Source of the DNA: Eledone cirrhosa
Lineage: Eukaryota
Length of the DNA stretch: 64,000 bases
Assembly (NCBI GenBank): GCA_964016885.1
Contig: OZ024742.1
Coordinates: forward strand, 22,134,001-22,198,000
Direction of reading: 5' to 3'
Shown here: piece after piece, positions 1 to 14,291 of the stretch
Numbering within the stretch: the stretch's first letter is position 1
Layout: each line of letters starts with the position of its first letter
Position numbers and translations under genes: made by a program
Notes under the pieces: generated by a model
Database searches by the model: none
What the model saw: only the letters and a program-made list of their open reading frames with translations
What the model was told of the DNA's origin: nothing

Positions 1-369
1 GGAATCCATAAGACTACTAAATATGAGGCGTAATTGAGATTGAAGACAATCAAAGCCTCCATAACACTCTAAAATCTGTTTAGTCTGCCATTACTAGCAC
101 AATATCTATATATGCTGAACATTAATGTAATTATATCCCAGAAATAAATTATTAAAACGTTAGTCTTATCTTTAATCATTTTTATGTGTCATTAATCAAT
201 ATAAACATAAACTGTAGGACATCTCTTATGCAAAACATTAATTTATGAAAACAAATTTCTCCCTTTTGTATGACCACTCATATATCCAGAAATCCTGCTA
301 TATATGACGCACCAATCACTGACTACAAAAATAAAATATATTCATCACTATTACCGTCATTATTACTGG

Positions 370-566
370 GAAGGCGGTGGATTGGCAGTATCGGTAGAGG
401 GTCGGACGCCATGCTTTGATGCATAGAGTTACGGCCCTTGCCGTTCTGAGTTCAAATCCCGCCGAGGTTAACTTTGCCTTTCATCCATACGGGGTCGATA
501 AAATAAAGTACCAGTAATGTACTGGGTAATTGCTGGCCTTGTGCCAAAAGTAGAAACAATTATTAC
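370..566 (+). mobile_element. tRNA-derived SINE, family 2 (full length)
   Basis: A-box-like TGGCAGTATCGG and B-box GTTCAAATCC; body TTTCATCC..GGGGTCGATAAAATAAAGTACC; (ATT)n tail; imperfect TSD attattac..ggaagg; homologous copies at 30720-30957, 43881-43942, 45741-45930 and 48255-48325. Confidence 0.85.
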
Positions 567-774
567 AAGGAAGGGTTCATTTCTATACTATATAACATGT
601 ATTTTTTTATCACAGTTGTTGTAAACTATATACAACTAGCAGCTATGTTATGTTATTTGCATGCTTCAATAAAAGTATTTGAGAAAATAACATGTTACAC
701 CCAAACCAAGGTTGACATACTTTAATTATATTACATATTACACAAGTGATTCACACTTTAATATCACAGCACTT

Positions 775-1280
<506 letters not shown>

Positions 1281-1816
1281 GTATGTAAGACCATGGATGA
1301 AACCTTCAGTAAACACATCATTACAGACATCTAGACCAAAGGTTCTCAACGGCGGGGGGGGGGGGCATATGCACCCCCCAGGGAGCGTTTGGGAACTCCG
1401 GGGGCGGGGGGGGGGGGGGGGCGTGTTGGAACAAGGGGGCATCAGGGGGGCGCCAAGGGGGCAGTGGAAGGCTCTTTACTTTGGTAAGTTTTATAAGCCA
1501 TATTTGTATGTCTCTGAGACAGCCAGTGTGAATGCATTTGAATGAGCATGCAGACTGTAAGCAGGTGTGCAGGCGTGTCTAAACATTAACCGGCAATTGA
1601 GATCCTAAAAATGGAAAAAACCCACAGTCAACTGAGTCAAGGACACTTTGAGCGCAGCCAGTTAGAATCTTGTCTTTGTTTCACCGATAACAATGTATTC
1701 CATGTCTGAAATTATTAACTCAACTGTAACGAGTTAACACTATGTAGATCTATTTTATTCCCTATTGTATAAATAATATTACAAATAAAAAAAGAAAAGA
1801 AAAAACACAAAAGTGG

Positions 1817-2170
1817 GTAGCCCACACATCTAGGACCACATACAACACATAATCAGATAATACACACATCTAGGAATACATACAACACATAAGCAAGTAA
1901 TACACACATCTAGGACCACATACAACTCATAATCAGGTAGCACACACATCTAGGACCCCATACAACACAATCAGATAATACACACATCTAGGACTACATA
2001 CAACACATAAGCAGGTAATACACACATCTAGGACCACATACAACACACAAGCAGGTAGTACATACAGCTGGGACCACATGCAACACGTAAGCAGGTAATA
2101 CATACATCTAGGACTGCATACAACACACAGGGAGGTGATACATACATCTAGGACCACATACTATACACAT
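1817..2170. repeat. ~40-bp minisatellite, ~9 units, inside the hAT element
   Basis: Unit aatacacacatctaggaccacatacaacacataagcaggt; catctagga recurs every 38-40 bp. Confidence 0.93.
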
Positions 2171-3173
2171 TGTATCATGTGCTACGGATGACGCAAGAGC
2201 AATGGTCGGCCAACATAAGGGTTTCTTCACTCTTCTGAAGAGAGAAAATCTATCTGTATTTGCTGTTCATTGTGTCATTCATCAACAACACTTGGGTGCG
2301 AAGAAACTCAGTGAGCCACTGAGCAAGTCCTTGCAGGTGGCCATTGATGTCATCAATTTTATCAAACACCATTTCCTCAATGAACAAAATTTTCGGCAAC
2401 TGTGCCAAGATAATGACGAAGAATTCGTCAAGTTGCTCCTTCATACTGAAGTGAGGTGGCTTTCAAAGGGCAAGTGCCTTACTCACTTCTTTGAACTGTT
2501 CGACTCTATCATTGAGTTTCTTCGAAGACGCAACACAGAACTGTACAAGAAAACCCTCGCTAACATCTTTGACAAATGCAATAGCGTCATTACGGCTTTG
2601 CAGGGGAAGAAGATCACCTTGCTGAATGCAAGGAATGCTGTGAAAACATTCCTGGCCAAATTGAATGTCATCGAAAGGAATCTTTGTTGACGGGAATTCT
2701 ATAATTTTCCTAGTGTCGCCAATGTTCAAAATATTGTAAGCGATGACCAACTCCAAATTTATACCGCTCACTTCCGTGCATACAAGACATGAGAGACCAG
2801 TTTGTTGACCTTTTCCCGATGGACATCCCAATGTGGATAGCAGATCCCTTCATAGCTACCATCAACGATTTGGACGTTAAATTTCAGGAAGAATTCATTG
2901 AACTTCAAGCAGATAACATGATCAAAATTAGATTTCCCGAAATAGGTGAACCCCTTTTTAGAATGCAAGAGGAAATTCAGCATCGATTTCCACTCCTAAA
3001 TGCAGACGCTAAGAGATTTGCTCTGCCTTTTCCAAGCTCATACTTAGTCGAGAGGAGGTTTGGTGCAACCGCTACAATGTAATTACACGTGGAGATCGCG
3101 AGCTACATCTTACGAAAATTCAGCCTCATGTCAAAGAGTTAGCTAGACTCCATGAAGCTCAAGGATTCCATTG
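2170..3173 (+). pseudogene. Buster-family hAT transposase, C-terminal part, disrupted (ZBED5/ZBED8/SCAND3-like family)
   Basis: Motifs SCATDDARAMVG, HCVIH (CxxH), LLLHTEVRWLSKGK and FPSSYLVERRF; stop at 2688-2690 and frameshifts; N-terminus missing. Confidence 0.9.
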
Positions 3174-3576
3174 AAATGAGGTCAAAGTTAAAGTAAGTTG
3201 ATTTATCCGAAAACTTGGATATGCTATTGTTACAAAGCAAACTAACAGTTTTTTTGTTTGTAGTTGCAGTCTGACTGCAATTCACTTACTCATTTGTTGT
3301 ATATATTTTACCATTTACTAATAAATATACCCTCTTAAATAGTCATGAAAACCCTCTTCCACGGTCTTTAAGCTCACAAAGAGGAGGGGACATCAAGTTA
3401 GATATCAACATTTATTCTATCTGTTTCATTAAAAGGAAAATTGGAAAGTTTTGAAATGATATAATTGCCACTTTCTTCCAGATAAGAGCACTCTTGGGAT
3501 AGAGAGTTGCTCTTGTATAAATGTTCAAAATAGCTGGTATCGCCTGGTGGGAATATAACAAATTCAACTGGTCCTT

Positions 3577-3990
3577 CAGCAGCACCGTTTTACATCCGTT
3601 CTTCCATGCTAGCATGGGTTAGATGGGTTGTCCTGTTGTGGGCAGTATCCGGTCGGCTGACCTTGTCTTGCTCATACGGGAACTGATTCTGGCTTGATTT
3701 CTACAGCTGGATGCCCTTCCTAACACCAACCTCATTTACAGTGACTGCTGGGTGCTTTTTTCCGTGGCGCCTACACGTCCTCTTTTACAGTGCGGGCTGG
3801 CTCCTTTTTTTGACGTGGCACCTCCACGACCACTTTGCAGTGGAATGATAGGGACCCCAGTCCTATCATCTCATTTCTACAGCTGAGTAAACTGGAGCAA
3901 TATGAAATAAAGTGAAACAACACATCACCCGGTCCGAGAATTGAACTCACAACCTTTTGATTGCAAGCCCAATGCTCTAACCACTTATTC
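3577..3990 (-). mobile_element. tRNA-derived SINE, family 1 (RTE-tailed), nested in the hAT element
   Basis: On the minus strand: head AGTGGTTAGAGCATTGGG..GTTCAATTCTC, then a body matching the copies at 14292/39232/62509, then an RTE-type 3' end with the CCATGCTAGCATGG hairpin. Confidence 0.85.
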
Positions 3991-4419
3991 ATAAAAAAAA
4001 ATATTTATGTCCCTTTTTTTGAAATTTATATATTTCCTTTCAAGGAATGTATTTATACTCTCAGCTGCCTGCAATGGTATCTTTGGAATATTGTTAATCA
4101 ATTTTTTAGTAATTGACTGATATCAAAATCAGTAGTATATTGAAAAATGGAAAAATAGGGTAGGGGGGCGTTTCGTGATTTTGAGGGACAAAAGGGGGCG
4201 TTTGGCTTAAATGGGTTGAGAACCTGTGATCTAGACAATAACAACAAGAACAATCTTAACAATACAACAAATCCATTAATAAATTAATAAATCATCGATG
4301 GATATTTATAAAAATAAAACAATTAAAAAAGAGATGAAACAACGCCTGTTTAACATGTGTACCCCTCCTACCCCTCTCCTCATTAGTAACTATTCAGTAA
4401 ACAATAGAATACATAGACG

Positions 4420-4670
4420 TAGCAGGCATCAATGACTCCACCTCACATGACAAACTCTATACCCTTGGTTAGGCAGTATATCACAGCTGTACCGTGGACA
4501 GTATAGCAATAGCATTGCCGCAGAGAACAGCCAGTAACATCCATTACATCAACCACCCCACCTCACAGGACAATCTCTGCACCCTTGGTTAGGCAGTAAA
4601 TCACAGCTGTGGCCCATGAACAATTGCCCTGAGAACAGCCTGTGACAGCCAGCAATACCCCCTTACATCA
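4420..4670 (-). mobile_element. Probable CRE-clade LINE 3' remnant, duplicated with ~120-bp period
   Basis: Minus strand reads LAVLCGNAIAILS, resembling the CRE C-terminal SxAxxRGNAxxI motif; ccacctcac..acccttggttaggcagta is repeated at 4438 and 4558. Confidence 0.45.
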
Positions 4671-5323
4671 ACCATTATTGGTGTAATGAACAAGTACCAT
4701 AGTTAAAAATAAAGTACAGGTTAGTGTTAAGAAGGGTATGTAGTTGTAGAATACTATGATGATGAGGAGGAGGAGAGTGAGGAGGGCCACAATGACTCCA
4801 TCACCCCATGCTGGTAGAAAAAAAGGCTGATGTAATATCAATGATGATGATGGTGATAACTGTGTCTATATACAATCTTATACTTTATATTTACACCTCA
4901 CAGCTGTGCTACTTTCTCTGTATCAATACTTCTTATTCATATCAACTCTAAACAATCAAATGTTTCTATGGTCTATACATATTAAACAAAAAAATCAATT
5001 CAACACTCTTTAATCCATACAAGGTGACTGGCTAGATCTATCAAATTATTATTGATGGGCTTGAAAGAAGACAAAGATTGATCTCTTCAGAAATATATTT
5101 GATTTTTCTTGCCCTATTGAGATTCAAAATATATTTGTTATTCTTTACAGAATTTTTAATAAACTTATGTGAGGTGTTGACATGAACGTGTGGTTAAGCA
5201 GTTCACTTCAAACCCACATGGTGGTCTGTGTCTCACAGTATGACACTTCCTGGCATCTTTGCTGAATGTCTTTTGTAGACAGAAACTGTAAAGAAGCCTA
5301 GAGTGTGTGTGTGTGTGTGTATA

Positions 5324-5533
5324 TCATCATCATCATCAGCATTTTACGTCCGCTTTTCCCTGCTTGCAAGGGTGGGACGGGAACTATCATCTGTTTTCTA
5401 CAGCTGAGTAAACTGGAGCAATGTGAAATAAAGTGTCTTGCTCAAGGAAACAACACATCACCCGGTATGAGAATTGAACTCACAACCTTTCGATTGCAAG
5501 GCCAATGCTCTAACCACTAAGCCATGTGCCTCC
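5324..5533 (-). mobile_element. SINE family 1, internally deleted copy
   Basis: Head and 3' end match 62509-62849, with ~130 bp of the middle missing. Confidence 0.88.
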
Positions 5534-5576
5534 ATATATATATATATATATATATATCATCATGCTTTATATGTGT

Positions 5577-7125
5577 ATCATCATCATCATCGTTTAACGT
5601 CCGTGTTCCACGCTTGCATGGGTTTGGACGGAGGGTTTTCCCACTTGAGGCAAGAGTGGTTATCTTGCTCGCATAGGACTGTCTGGCGGGTTTTCTACAG
5701 CTGGATGCCCTTCCTAACACCAACCACATTTACAGTGTGGGGCTGGGAGGTTTTTACCGTGTTGCCTACACGGCCACATTACAGCGTGAACTGTGTGTTT
5801 TTTGACGTGACACCTACACGATCTCATTTGTTTCGGCCTGGATGTTGTGGCACCAACATAACTTTACATTGAAAGGGGCGGTGTGGATAGGGTGGGGGTG
5901 GTGGGACGGGGGTGTATTTTGTTAGAGATGCCTACTGACTGTAGTAGGTTTTACTTTGTACTTAGGTAAAGCGGGTCTTCTCTATTACTGAGTACCGCCA
6001 AAGGTCTCGGTCCAGTGACATTGTCTTGGTGAGGTGTAAGTGTGTGAGGTCAGAATTTATCAGCTCGTCCCAGGTTTTTCTGGGTCTGCCTATTCCGTGG
6101 CTACCGTCTATCTTTATTGCCCTGCACTTTGTTATACAGCTATCGTCCTTCATGCGCATCACGTGACCATACCAATGTAGCCTTCTCTCGAGTAAACAAC
6201 ATCTGATCCCTCTTATTTCTAATTTTTTCCTTAGTTCGTTTATGCTTTGCCGTTCACGTATATTACTATTACACATCCAGCGGAGCATGCAAGCTTCGTT
6301 TCTCTCTAGTCTGCATATATCCTCTGCACACAATGCCCAGGTCTCACTGTCATGCAACATTGCTGTTCGTATGCAGGCATCGTACAACCTGCCTTTCATT
6401 TTTAGGGAGAACCATTTAGCGGCTAATAGCGGTATAAGCTCTCTGAACTTTTTCCATCCAGTTCTGACTCTAGCTACTGTACTTTCAGAGCACCCTCCCC
6501 CACTGCTGATTTTGTCACCCAGGTAACGGAAGCTGTCCACTATTTCTATAGAACCCTCTGCGCGGTTGAACGAGCTAGTATTTTTGGGCACTTGCTGCTA
6601 CTTATTGCCCCAGAACACCGGCCACATGTAAAATCTATGTTCTTAGTTAGCTTACCTGTGATCCCACTATATCTTTTATGCACCCATACTTTGCATTTGG
6701 GACACAAAATGGAGTTTCTACCTACGCCTTTCCTACACACTGAGCATGGCCACTTCCCGGAGGGGACCGCTGCCTTATTTTCTTTCTTACAAACTAGAAC
6801 TTTAGTCTTAGCCAGGTTAATTTTAAGGCCTTTTGATTCTAGGCCGTGCTTCCATGTTTGGAATTTCTTCTCTAGCTCGGCCATTGATTCAGCTATAAGC
6901 GTTAGATCATCTGCGTATAGGAGTTCCCATGGGCAGACAGTCTTGAACTACACTGTTATAGCCTGGAGGGCAATAATAAATAGTAGGGGGCTAAGAACAG
7001 AGCCCTGATGAACACCAACTTTTACACTAAACTCTTCACTATATTCGTTGTTAATTCTAACCTTGCTGACTGTTTCTTTATACATGGCTTGTATAGCTCT
7101 CACAAGCCATTCATCAACACCTAGT
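5577..7125 (-). mobile_element. RTE-clade LINE, 5'-truncated (RT pseudogene 5962-7125)
   Basis: VHQGSVLSP, LLYADD, FRYLG, RRLHWYGHVMR and GRPRKTW; in-frame stop near 6949 and frameshift near 6590; 3' UTR ends in a hairpin plus (GAT)n tail. Confidence 0.95.
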
Positions 7126-7389
7126 GTATATATATATATATATCAACATCATACTTTCCATGCAGGCATAGATTGAATGAGTTGTCAGTCTGAGAAGAGT
7201 GAAATCAGAGATAAATAGTGATGAAAAAATTCCTCTTTTTAGACACAGGAGCAATGTAACTAGCGATATAACATAATACATACCCCGCTCCTGCTGTACA
7301 AGTACTGCAATACAGAAAGTAAATGTATTGAGTGACCAAAGGCTACAGTGCTGGTGATCAAACAAAGACAATATACAGTTTTAAAAGAC

Positions 7390-7705
7390 ACTTTAACCAA
7401 GGCATCCAATTGAGAATATCTCAAGTGTTGGTACCATGATAAGATGCACCCAGTACATCTTGTAACGTTTCAGAGTTTGAGGCCATAACATATTGCACCC
7501 AGTACATTGTAAAATGATAGAGGTGATGCCATGAAAAAACGTACTGAGTACACTCTCTAAGGTAGCTGGTATTAGTGAAGGGCACCCAACTGTAGAAATC
7601 ATGTCAAATATGAACCATACAAGCAAGAGAGCTCACTCTGATCCATTTGGTCTTGGACAGGAGCAACTTGCTCCAGTGTAAAAAGTAGACACACAGTGAT
7701 GAAGA
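7390..7705 (+). mobile_element. Degenerate RTE 3' UTR fragment
   Basis: Diverged match to the RTE 3' UTR (cacccagtaca.., aagggcacccaactgtagaaatc). Confidence 0.5.
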
Positions 7706-8015
7706 TAAGCTTCCAAATCATTGGGTTGTTGAAGTCAAGGCCGGATTTATTGGAGGGGGGGGGGTGCCCTAGGCCCCTGCAATGAAGGCCCCACCAGGGA
7801 TGGCAGTAGCAATTTATTTGGTCAGAATATCTGAATTTAATACCTGTATGTATAAATGTTTCATTCCAATTACTTGCGCCAAGCTAACTTTGATATGTAA
7901 AATTGGAGGGTTTGTTGTGTATTCTAATTTTTTGTGTATGAGGTGCCCACCAAACCTGAAGTGCTCCTCGGGTGTGTCCTCGGGGACGAAGCGTCTTTGG
8001 CACCAGGAAATACAG

Positions 8016-8055
<40 letters not shown>

Positions 8056-8200
8056 TATACACACATATACACACACATATATATCATCATCATCATCATA
8101 TATATATACTACAGTTTATACAGTGCTGTTCTAATATATTACCTTCAAGTCAATAAATGTTGAAATGTTGGTCAACGAACACAGAGACATTAGCAACGAG

Positions 8201-10320
8201 AAACAAGTAAATTAGTACCAAGAGCCACCAATATACACTAAAACAAGTAAATTAGTACCAAGTGCCACCAATATACACTAAAACAAGTAAATTAGTACCA
8301 AGAGCCACCAATATACACTAAAACAAGTAAATTAGTACCAAGTGCCACCAATATACACTAAAACAAGTAAATTAGTACCAAGTGCCACCAATATACACTA
8401 AAACAAGTAAATTAGTACCAAGTGCCACCAATATACACTAAAACAAGTAAATTAGTACCAAGTGCCACCAATATACACTAAAACAAGTAAATTAGTACCA
8501 AGTGCCACCAATATACACTAAAACAAGTAAATTAGTACCAAGTGCCACCAATATACACTAAAACAAGTAAATTAGTACCAAGTGCCACCAATATACACTA
8601 AAACAAGTAAATTAGTACCAAGTGCCACCAATATACACTAAAACAAGTAAATTAGTACCAAGTGCCACCAATATACACTAAAACAAGTAAATTAGTACCA
8701 AGAGCCACCAATATACACTAAAACAAGTAAATTAGTACCAAGTGCCACCAATATACACTAAAACAAGTAAATTAGTACCAAGTGCCACCAATATACACTA
8801 AAACAAGTAAATTAGTACCAAGTGCCACCAATATACACTAAAACAAGTAAATTAGTACCAAGTGCCACCAATATACACTAAAACAAGTAAATTAGTACCA
8901 AGTGCCACCAATATACACTAAAACAAGTAAATTAGTACCAAGTGCCACCAATATACACTAAAACAAGTAAATTAGTACCAAGTGCCACCAATATACACTA
9001 AAACAAGTAAATTAGTACCAAGTGCCACCAATATACACTAAAACAAGTAAATTAGTACCAAGTGCCACCAATATACACTAAAACAAGTAAATTAGTACCA
9101 AGTGCCACCAATATACACTAAAACAAGTAAATTAGTACCAAGTGCCACCAATATACACTAAAACAAGTAAATTAGTACCAAGTGCCACCAATATACACTA
9201 AAACAAGTAAATTAGTACCAAGTGCCACCAATATACACTAAAACAAGTAAATTAGTACCAAGTGCCACCAATATACACTAAAACAAGTAAATTAGTACCA
9301 AGTGCCACCAATATACACTAAAACAAGTAAATTAGTACTAAGAGCCACCAATATACACTAAAACAAGTAAATTAGTACCAAGTGCCACCAATATACACTA
9401 AAACAAGTAAATTAGTACCAAGAGCCACCAATATACACTAAAACAAGTAAATTAGTACCAAGTGCCACCAATATACACTAAAACAAGTAAATTAGTACCA
9501 AGTGTCACCAATATACACTAAAACAAGTAAATTAGTACCAAGTGCCACCAATATACACTAAAACAAGTAAATTAGTACCAAGTGCCACCAATATACACTA
9601 AAACAAGTAAATTAGTACCAAGTGCCACCAATATACACTAAAACAAGTAAATTAGTACCAAGTGCCACCAATATACACTAAAACAAGTAAATTAGTACCA
9701 AGTGCCACCAATATACACTAAAACAAGTAAATTAGTACCAAGTGCCACCAATATACACTAAAACAAGTAAATTAGTACCAAGTGCCACCAATATACACTA
9801 AAACAAGTAAATTAGTACCAAGTGCCACCAATATACACTAAAACAAGTAAATTAGTACCAAGTGCCACCAATATACACTAAAACAAGTAAATTAGTACCA
9901 AGTGCCACCAATATACACTAAAACAAGTAAATTAGTACCAAGTGCCACCAATATACACTAAAACAAGTAAATTAGTACCAAGTGCCACCAATATACACTA
10001 AAACAAGTAAATTAGTACTAAGAGCCACCAATATACACTAAAACAAGTAAATTAGTACCAAGTGCCACCAATATACACTAAAACAAGTAAATTAGTACCA
10101 AGTGCCACCAATATACACTAAAACAAGTAAATTAGTACCAAGTGCCACCAATATACACTAAAACAAGTAAATTAGTACCAAGTGCCACCAATATACACTA
10201 AAACAAGTAAATTAGTACCAAGTGCCACCAATATACACTAAAACAAGTAAATTAGTACCAAGTGCCACCAATATACACTAAAACAAGTAAATTAGTACCA
10301 AGTGCCACCAATATACACTA
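8201..10320. repeat. 40-bp minisatellite, ~53 near-identical units
   Basis: Unit aaacaagtaaattagtaccaagtgccaccaatatacacta; only rare single-base variants; no spacers. Confidence 0.98.
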
Positions 10321-10395
10321 GTATGACGCAGATAACATCAATTCAACCTAACAAAGACTAAACTATTTTGTTGTTATTTCTCTTGAAAATTTCCC

Positions 10396-10402
10396 ATATG
10401 TA

Positions 10403-10433
<31 letters not shown>

Positions 10434-10439
10434 GTATAT

Positions 10440-10478
<39 letters not shown>

Positions 10479-10668
10479 CATACATATATATTCACAGACA
10501 CACATATATATACACACACATGCATATATACACACACATGCTTATATACACACACATGCATATATATATATATATACATATACATACATGCATGTATATA
10601 TACTATATACCTATATATATATATATATGTATAGGTATATAGTATATATACATGCATGCATATATATG

Positions 10669-10709
<41 letters not shown>

Positions 10710-10797
10710 GTATATAGTATATATACATGCATGCATATATATGTATATATATATATATGTATAGGTATATAGTATATATACATGCATGCATATATAT

Positions 10798-10872
<75 letters not shown>
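10396..10872. repeat. (TA)/(CA) compound microsatellite with internal higher-order units
   Basis: ataggtatatagtatatatacatgcatgca occurs 3 times plus one inverted copy near 10590-10615. Confidence 0.9.
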
Positions 10873-11049
10873 AACTAAATGAAAAAATCAAATCAAGAAA
10901 ATAAAAGGTAAACTGCAATAAAATTTGGGAGTAAATGTCGCAGAAAATGGCCTTGTGTTAGAATGTGCAATGTTGGTAGTCATGTATAGGAAGATCAATA
11001 ATCCTATCTCAATCTATTACATGTATATACAAGACTGGATTAAAGATCA

Positions 11050-11370
11050 CTTTCTGCTTCCTTCTTGCCTTCTTCCTTGCCTTTTTCTTTCTTTCTTTAC
11101 GTTTTTCCTTCTTTTTCTTTCTTTGGGTTTTTTTCTTTCTTTTCTTTTTTTCTTTCCTTTTTCTTTCTTTTGGTTCTTTCTTTCCTTTGGATTTTTTTCT
11201 TTGTTTTTTCTTCCTTTTCTTTTTTTCTTTCTTTTTTCCTTCTTTTGGTTTCTTTCTTTTTTCCTTCTGTTTTTCCATTTTTAGCTTTTTTTTCTTTCTT
11301 TCTTTGTTCTTTTTCTTTCTTTGTTCCTTTTCTTTCTTTCTTTCTTTGTTCTTTTTCTTTCTTTCTTTTA
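11050..11370. repeat. Polypyrimidine (T/C) low-complexity tract
   Basis: Almost pure T/C on the plus strand. Confidence 0.95.
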
Positions 11371-11837
11371 TTGTTGTTGCTGGTGTTGTTTACTTGCTTT
11401 TAGCATTAGAAAGTCTGCAGAAGCTTTATAATAAAAGTTTGGCCTGTATTTTCTTGATAGTATTGCCATTTATTGTTCACAGCCACATAAATAACTAATG
11501 CTCTTATTATTATCACCATCATCTTCATTATCATTGTTATTATTATTATTATCATTGTTGTTATTATTCTCTATTATGTCAAAAAGTCCCTGAGACTGGT
11601 TGGTTTGTTATACCCCACCACCACCACCACCACCAAGAAATCTAATGGAAGCATATATGTGTACTATGCCTAACTGTAGTGGTCATAGAGGTGGTACAGA
11701 ATTGATTTAACCATCAAATATCCCTAAACCTGCCCTTAACATCACCCACTTCCAGTAAAATAAACCTGTATGTAAAGAAAGTTGAGAGAGAGAGACACAG
11801 TCAATGAGAATGTGTGTAAGTTTGCATGTGTGCATTA

Positions 11838-12350
11838 TACACATATATGTATATATATATATGTATATATAAGTATGTATATTTACATATATATATATAT
11901 ATATGTACATATATATATATATATGTATATATATGTGTGTGTATATATATGTATGTATATGTACATATATATATATATGTATATGTACATGTATATATAT
12001 ATGTGTATATATATATGTATATATATATATGTGTATATATATATGTATATGTACATATATATATATATGTATATATACATGTATATATATATGTATATAT
12101 ACATGTATATATATGTGTATATATATGTATGTATATATGTGTGTATATATATGTATATATATATGTGTATATATATGTATATATATATGTGTATATGTAT
12201 CTCACTCTCTCTCTAGAGAGAGAGAGAGAGAGAGAGGAGGAGAGAGGGTGGGGGAGAGGGGGAGAGAGGGGGTAAGAGAGAGGGGAGTAAGAGAGAAAGG
12301 GGGAATAAAAGGGAGAGACAGGTTAGGTGGAGAATGAATGAGAGGGAGAA
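11838..12350. repeat. (TA/TG) microsatellite followed by a (GA)-rich purine tract
   Basis: Directly visible. Confidence 0.93.
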
Positions 12351-12534
12351 ATATATATGGCTGAAAGGTTTTTATGTTAAAATGGTGTAATTATTGTCTA
12401 AGTTAGGAGCAAGCTAGTAAATGTTGACCTCCTGTAACATGGAGGAGAGAGACTTTTTAATCTGACAAGAATATAAATTACTATGCGGGCGAGAGGGGGG
12501 AATTGCAGGGGAAAGGGGTCATATTGTTCTATAG

Positions 12535-13860
12535 AGGTGGTGGTGGTGATGACAATGGTAGAAGTGGTGATGGTCATGTTGGAGATGACAGTGGTCATGG
12601 TGGTGCTTGTAGTGATTGTGGTCATAGTATTGGTGGTGGTGGAGATGGTGGTAATGGTAGTGGTGATGGAGGAGGTGGTGATGGAGATGGTGATGGTGAT
12701 GGTGATGACAATGATGATAATAATGATGATGATGATAATGGTGATGATAATGATGGTGATAATAATGGTGATGATAATGATGGTGATGATGATGATGGTG
12801 AAGATGATAAGGGTGGTGATGATAATGATGGTGATGATAAGGGTGGTGAAGATGATGATGGTGAAGATGATAAGGGTGGTGATGATAATTATGGTGATGA
12901 TAAGGGTGGTGAAGATGATGATGGTGATGATAAGGGTGGTGATGATAATTATGGTGATGATAATGATGGTGATGATGATAATGGTGATGATGATAATGAT
13001 GATGATAATGAGGGTGATGATAATGATGGTGATGATAATGATGGTGATGATAATGATGGTGATGATAATGATGGTGGTGATGATGATAATGATGATGATG
13101 ATAATGGTGATGATAATGAGGGTGATGATAATGATGGTGATGATAATGAGGGTGATGATAATGATGGTGATGATAATGATGGTGGTGATGATGATAATGA
13201 TGATGATGATAATGATGGTGAAGATGATAAGGGTAGTGATGATAATGATGGTGATGATAATGATGGTGATGATAATGATGATGATGATAATGATGGTGAA
13301 GATAAGGGTAGTGATGATAATGATGGTGATGATAATAATGGTGATGATAATGATGATGATGATAATGATGGTGATGATAATGATGGTGGTGATGATGATA
13401 ATGGTGATGATGATAATGGTGATGATAATGAAGGTGATGATAATGATGGTGATGATAATGAGGGTGATGATAATGATGGTGATGATAATGATGGTGGTGA
13501 TGATGATAATGATGATGATGATAATGATGGTGAAGATGATAAGGGTAGTGATGATAATGATGGTGATGATAATGATGGTGATGATGATAATGATGATGAT
13601 GATAATGATGGTGAAGATGATAAGGATAGTGATGATAATGATGGTGATGATAATAATGGTGATGATAATGATGATGATGATAATGATGGTGAAGATGATA
13701 ATGATGGTGATGATAATGATGGTGATGATAATGATGATGATGATGATGGTAATTGTGTTAATGATGATGTTGATATTGATGACAATGATGCTGCTGATGA
13801 TGATGATGACGACGATAAAGGTATCAATGGTGACAATGATGATGATTGTGGTTGCCATGA
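12535..13860. repeat. (GAT/GGT/AAT)n compound trinucleotide array with higher-order duplications
   Basis: In-phase NNT triplets; landmark gaagatgataagggt recurs; explains the poly-D, poly-I and poly-S ORFs. Confidence 0.95.
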
Positions 13861-14291
13861 TACAGTCATTTTACACTGTTGCTTTTCAATATATCTTCAA
13901 TGAACAACTAATTAATATTATAGCAGTGCTCCTCACTGATGTTTTCTAATTAATCAATTCCCTCCTCTCACCATCCCTCCAAATATTTACCAATAATGAT
14001 GGCCAGTGGAGCAGTCAGAAAGACAGAGGAACAAAACAATTGGTTAAATTGGCACTGTATATTCTCAGTTCAAATTATCCTAGCATACAGATACCTTGTG
14101 GTGTTTGTTCCAAGCCTCAGTGCTCTGAGTGAAAATCTTGCCATGGTCAACGTAACCTTTCATCCTTTTGGGGTTTATAAAATGAAACATCAACCAAAGG
14201 TAACAAAACCTTTTCAAACCTTCCATCTTTACATCAGTCCCAAGATCTTTCCAAGCCTCAGTGCATATATATATATAAATATATCATCGTT

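Larger units (their letters stand above)
1337..4228 (+). mobile_element. hAT DNA transposon, Buster/Charlie type, internally deleted
   Basis: TIRs CAAAGGTTCTCAAC (1337) and GTTGAGAACCTGTG (ending 4228); perfect 8-bp TSD ATCTAGAC at 1329-1336 and 4229-4236 with the central TA typical of Buster targets; transposase remnant inside. Confidence 0.93.

Noticed and set aside
8201-10320. CRISPR array
   Set aside because: Units are head-to-tail with no unique spacers, there are no cas genes, and the context is eukaryotic.
10925-11498. Phe-rich membrane protein or Lys/Arg-rich protein
   Set aside because: Artefact of the polypyrimidine tract.
12398-13949. Long Asp/Gly-rich, poly-Ile or poly-Ser proteins
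   Set aside because: Several frames on both strands are open only because of the trinucleotide repeat; there is no domain or splice evidence.
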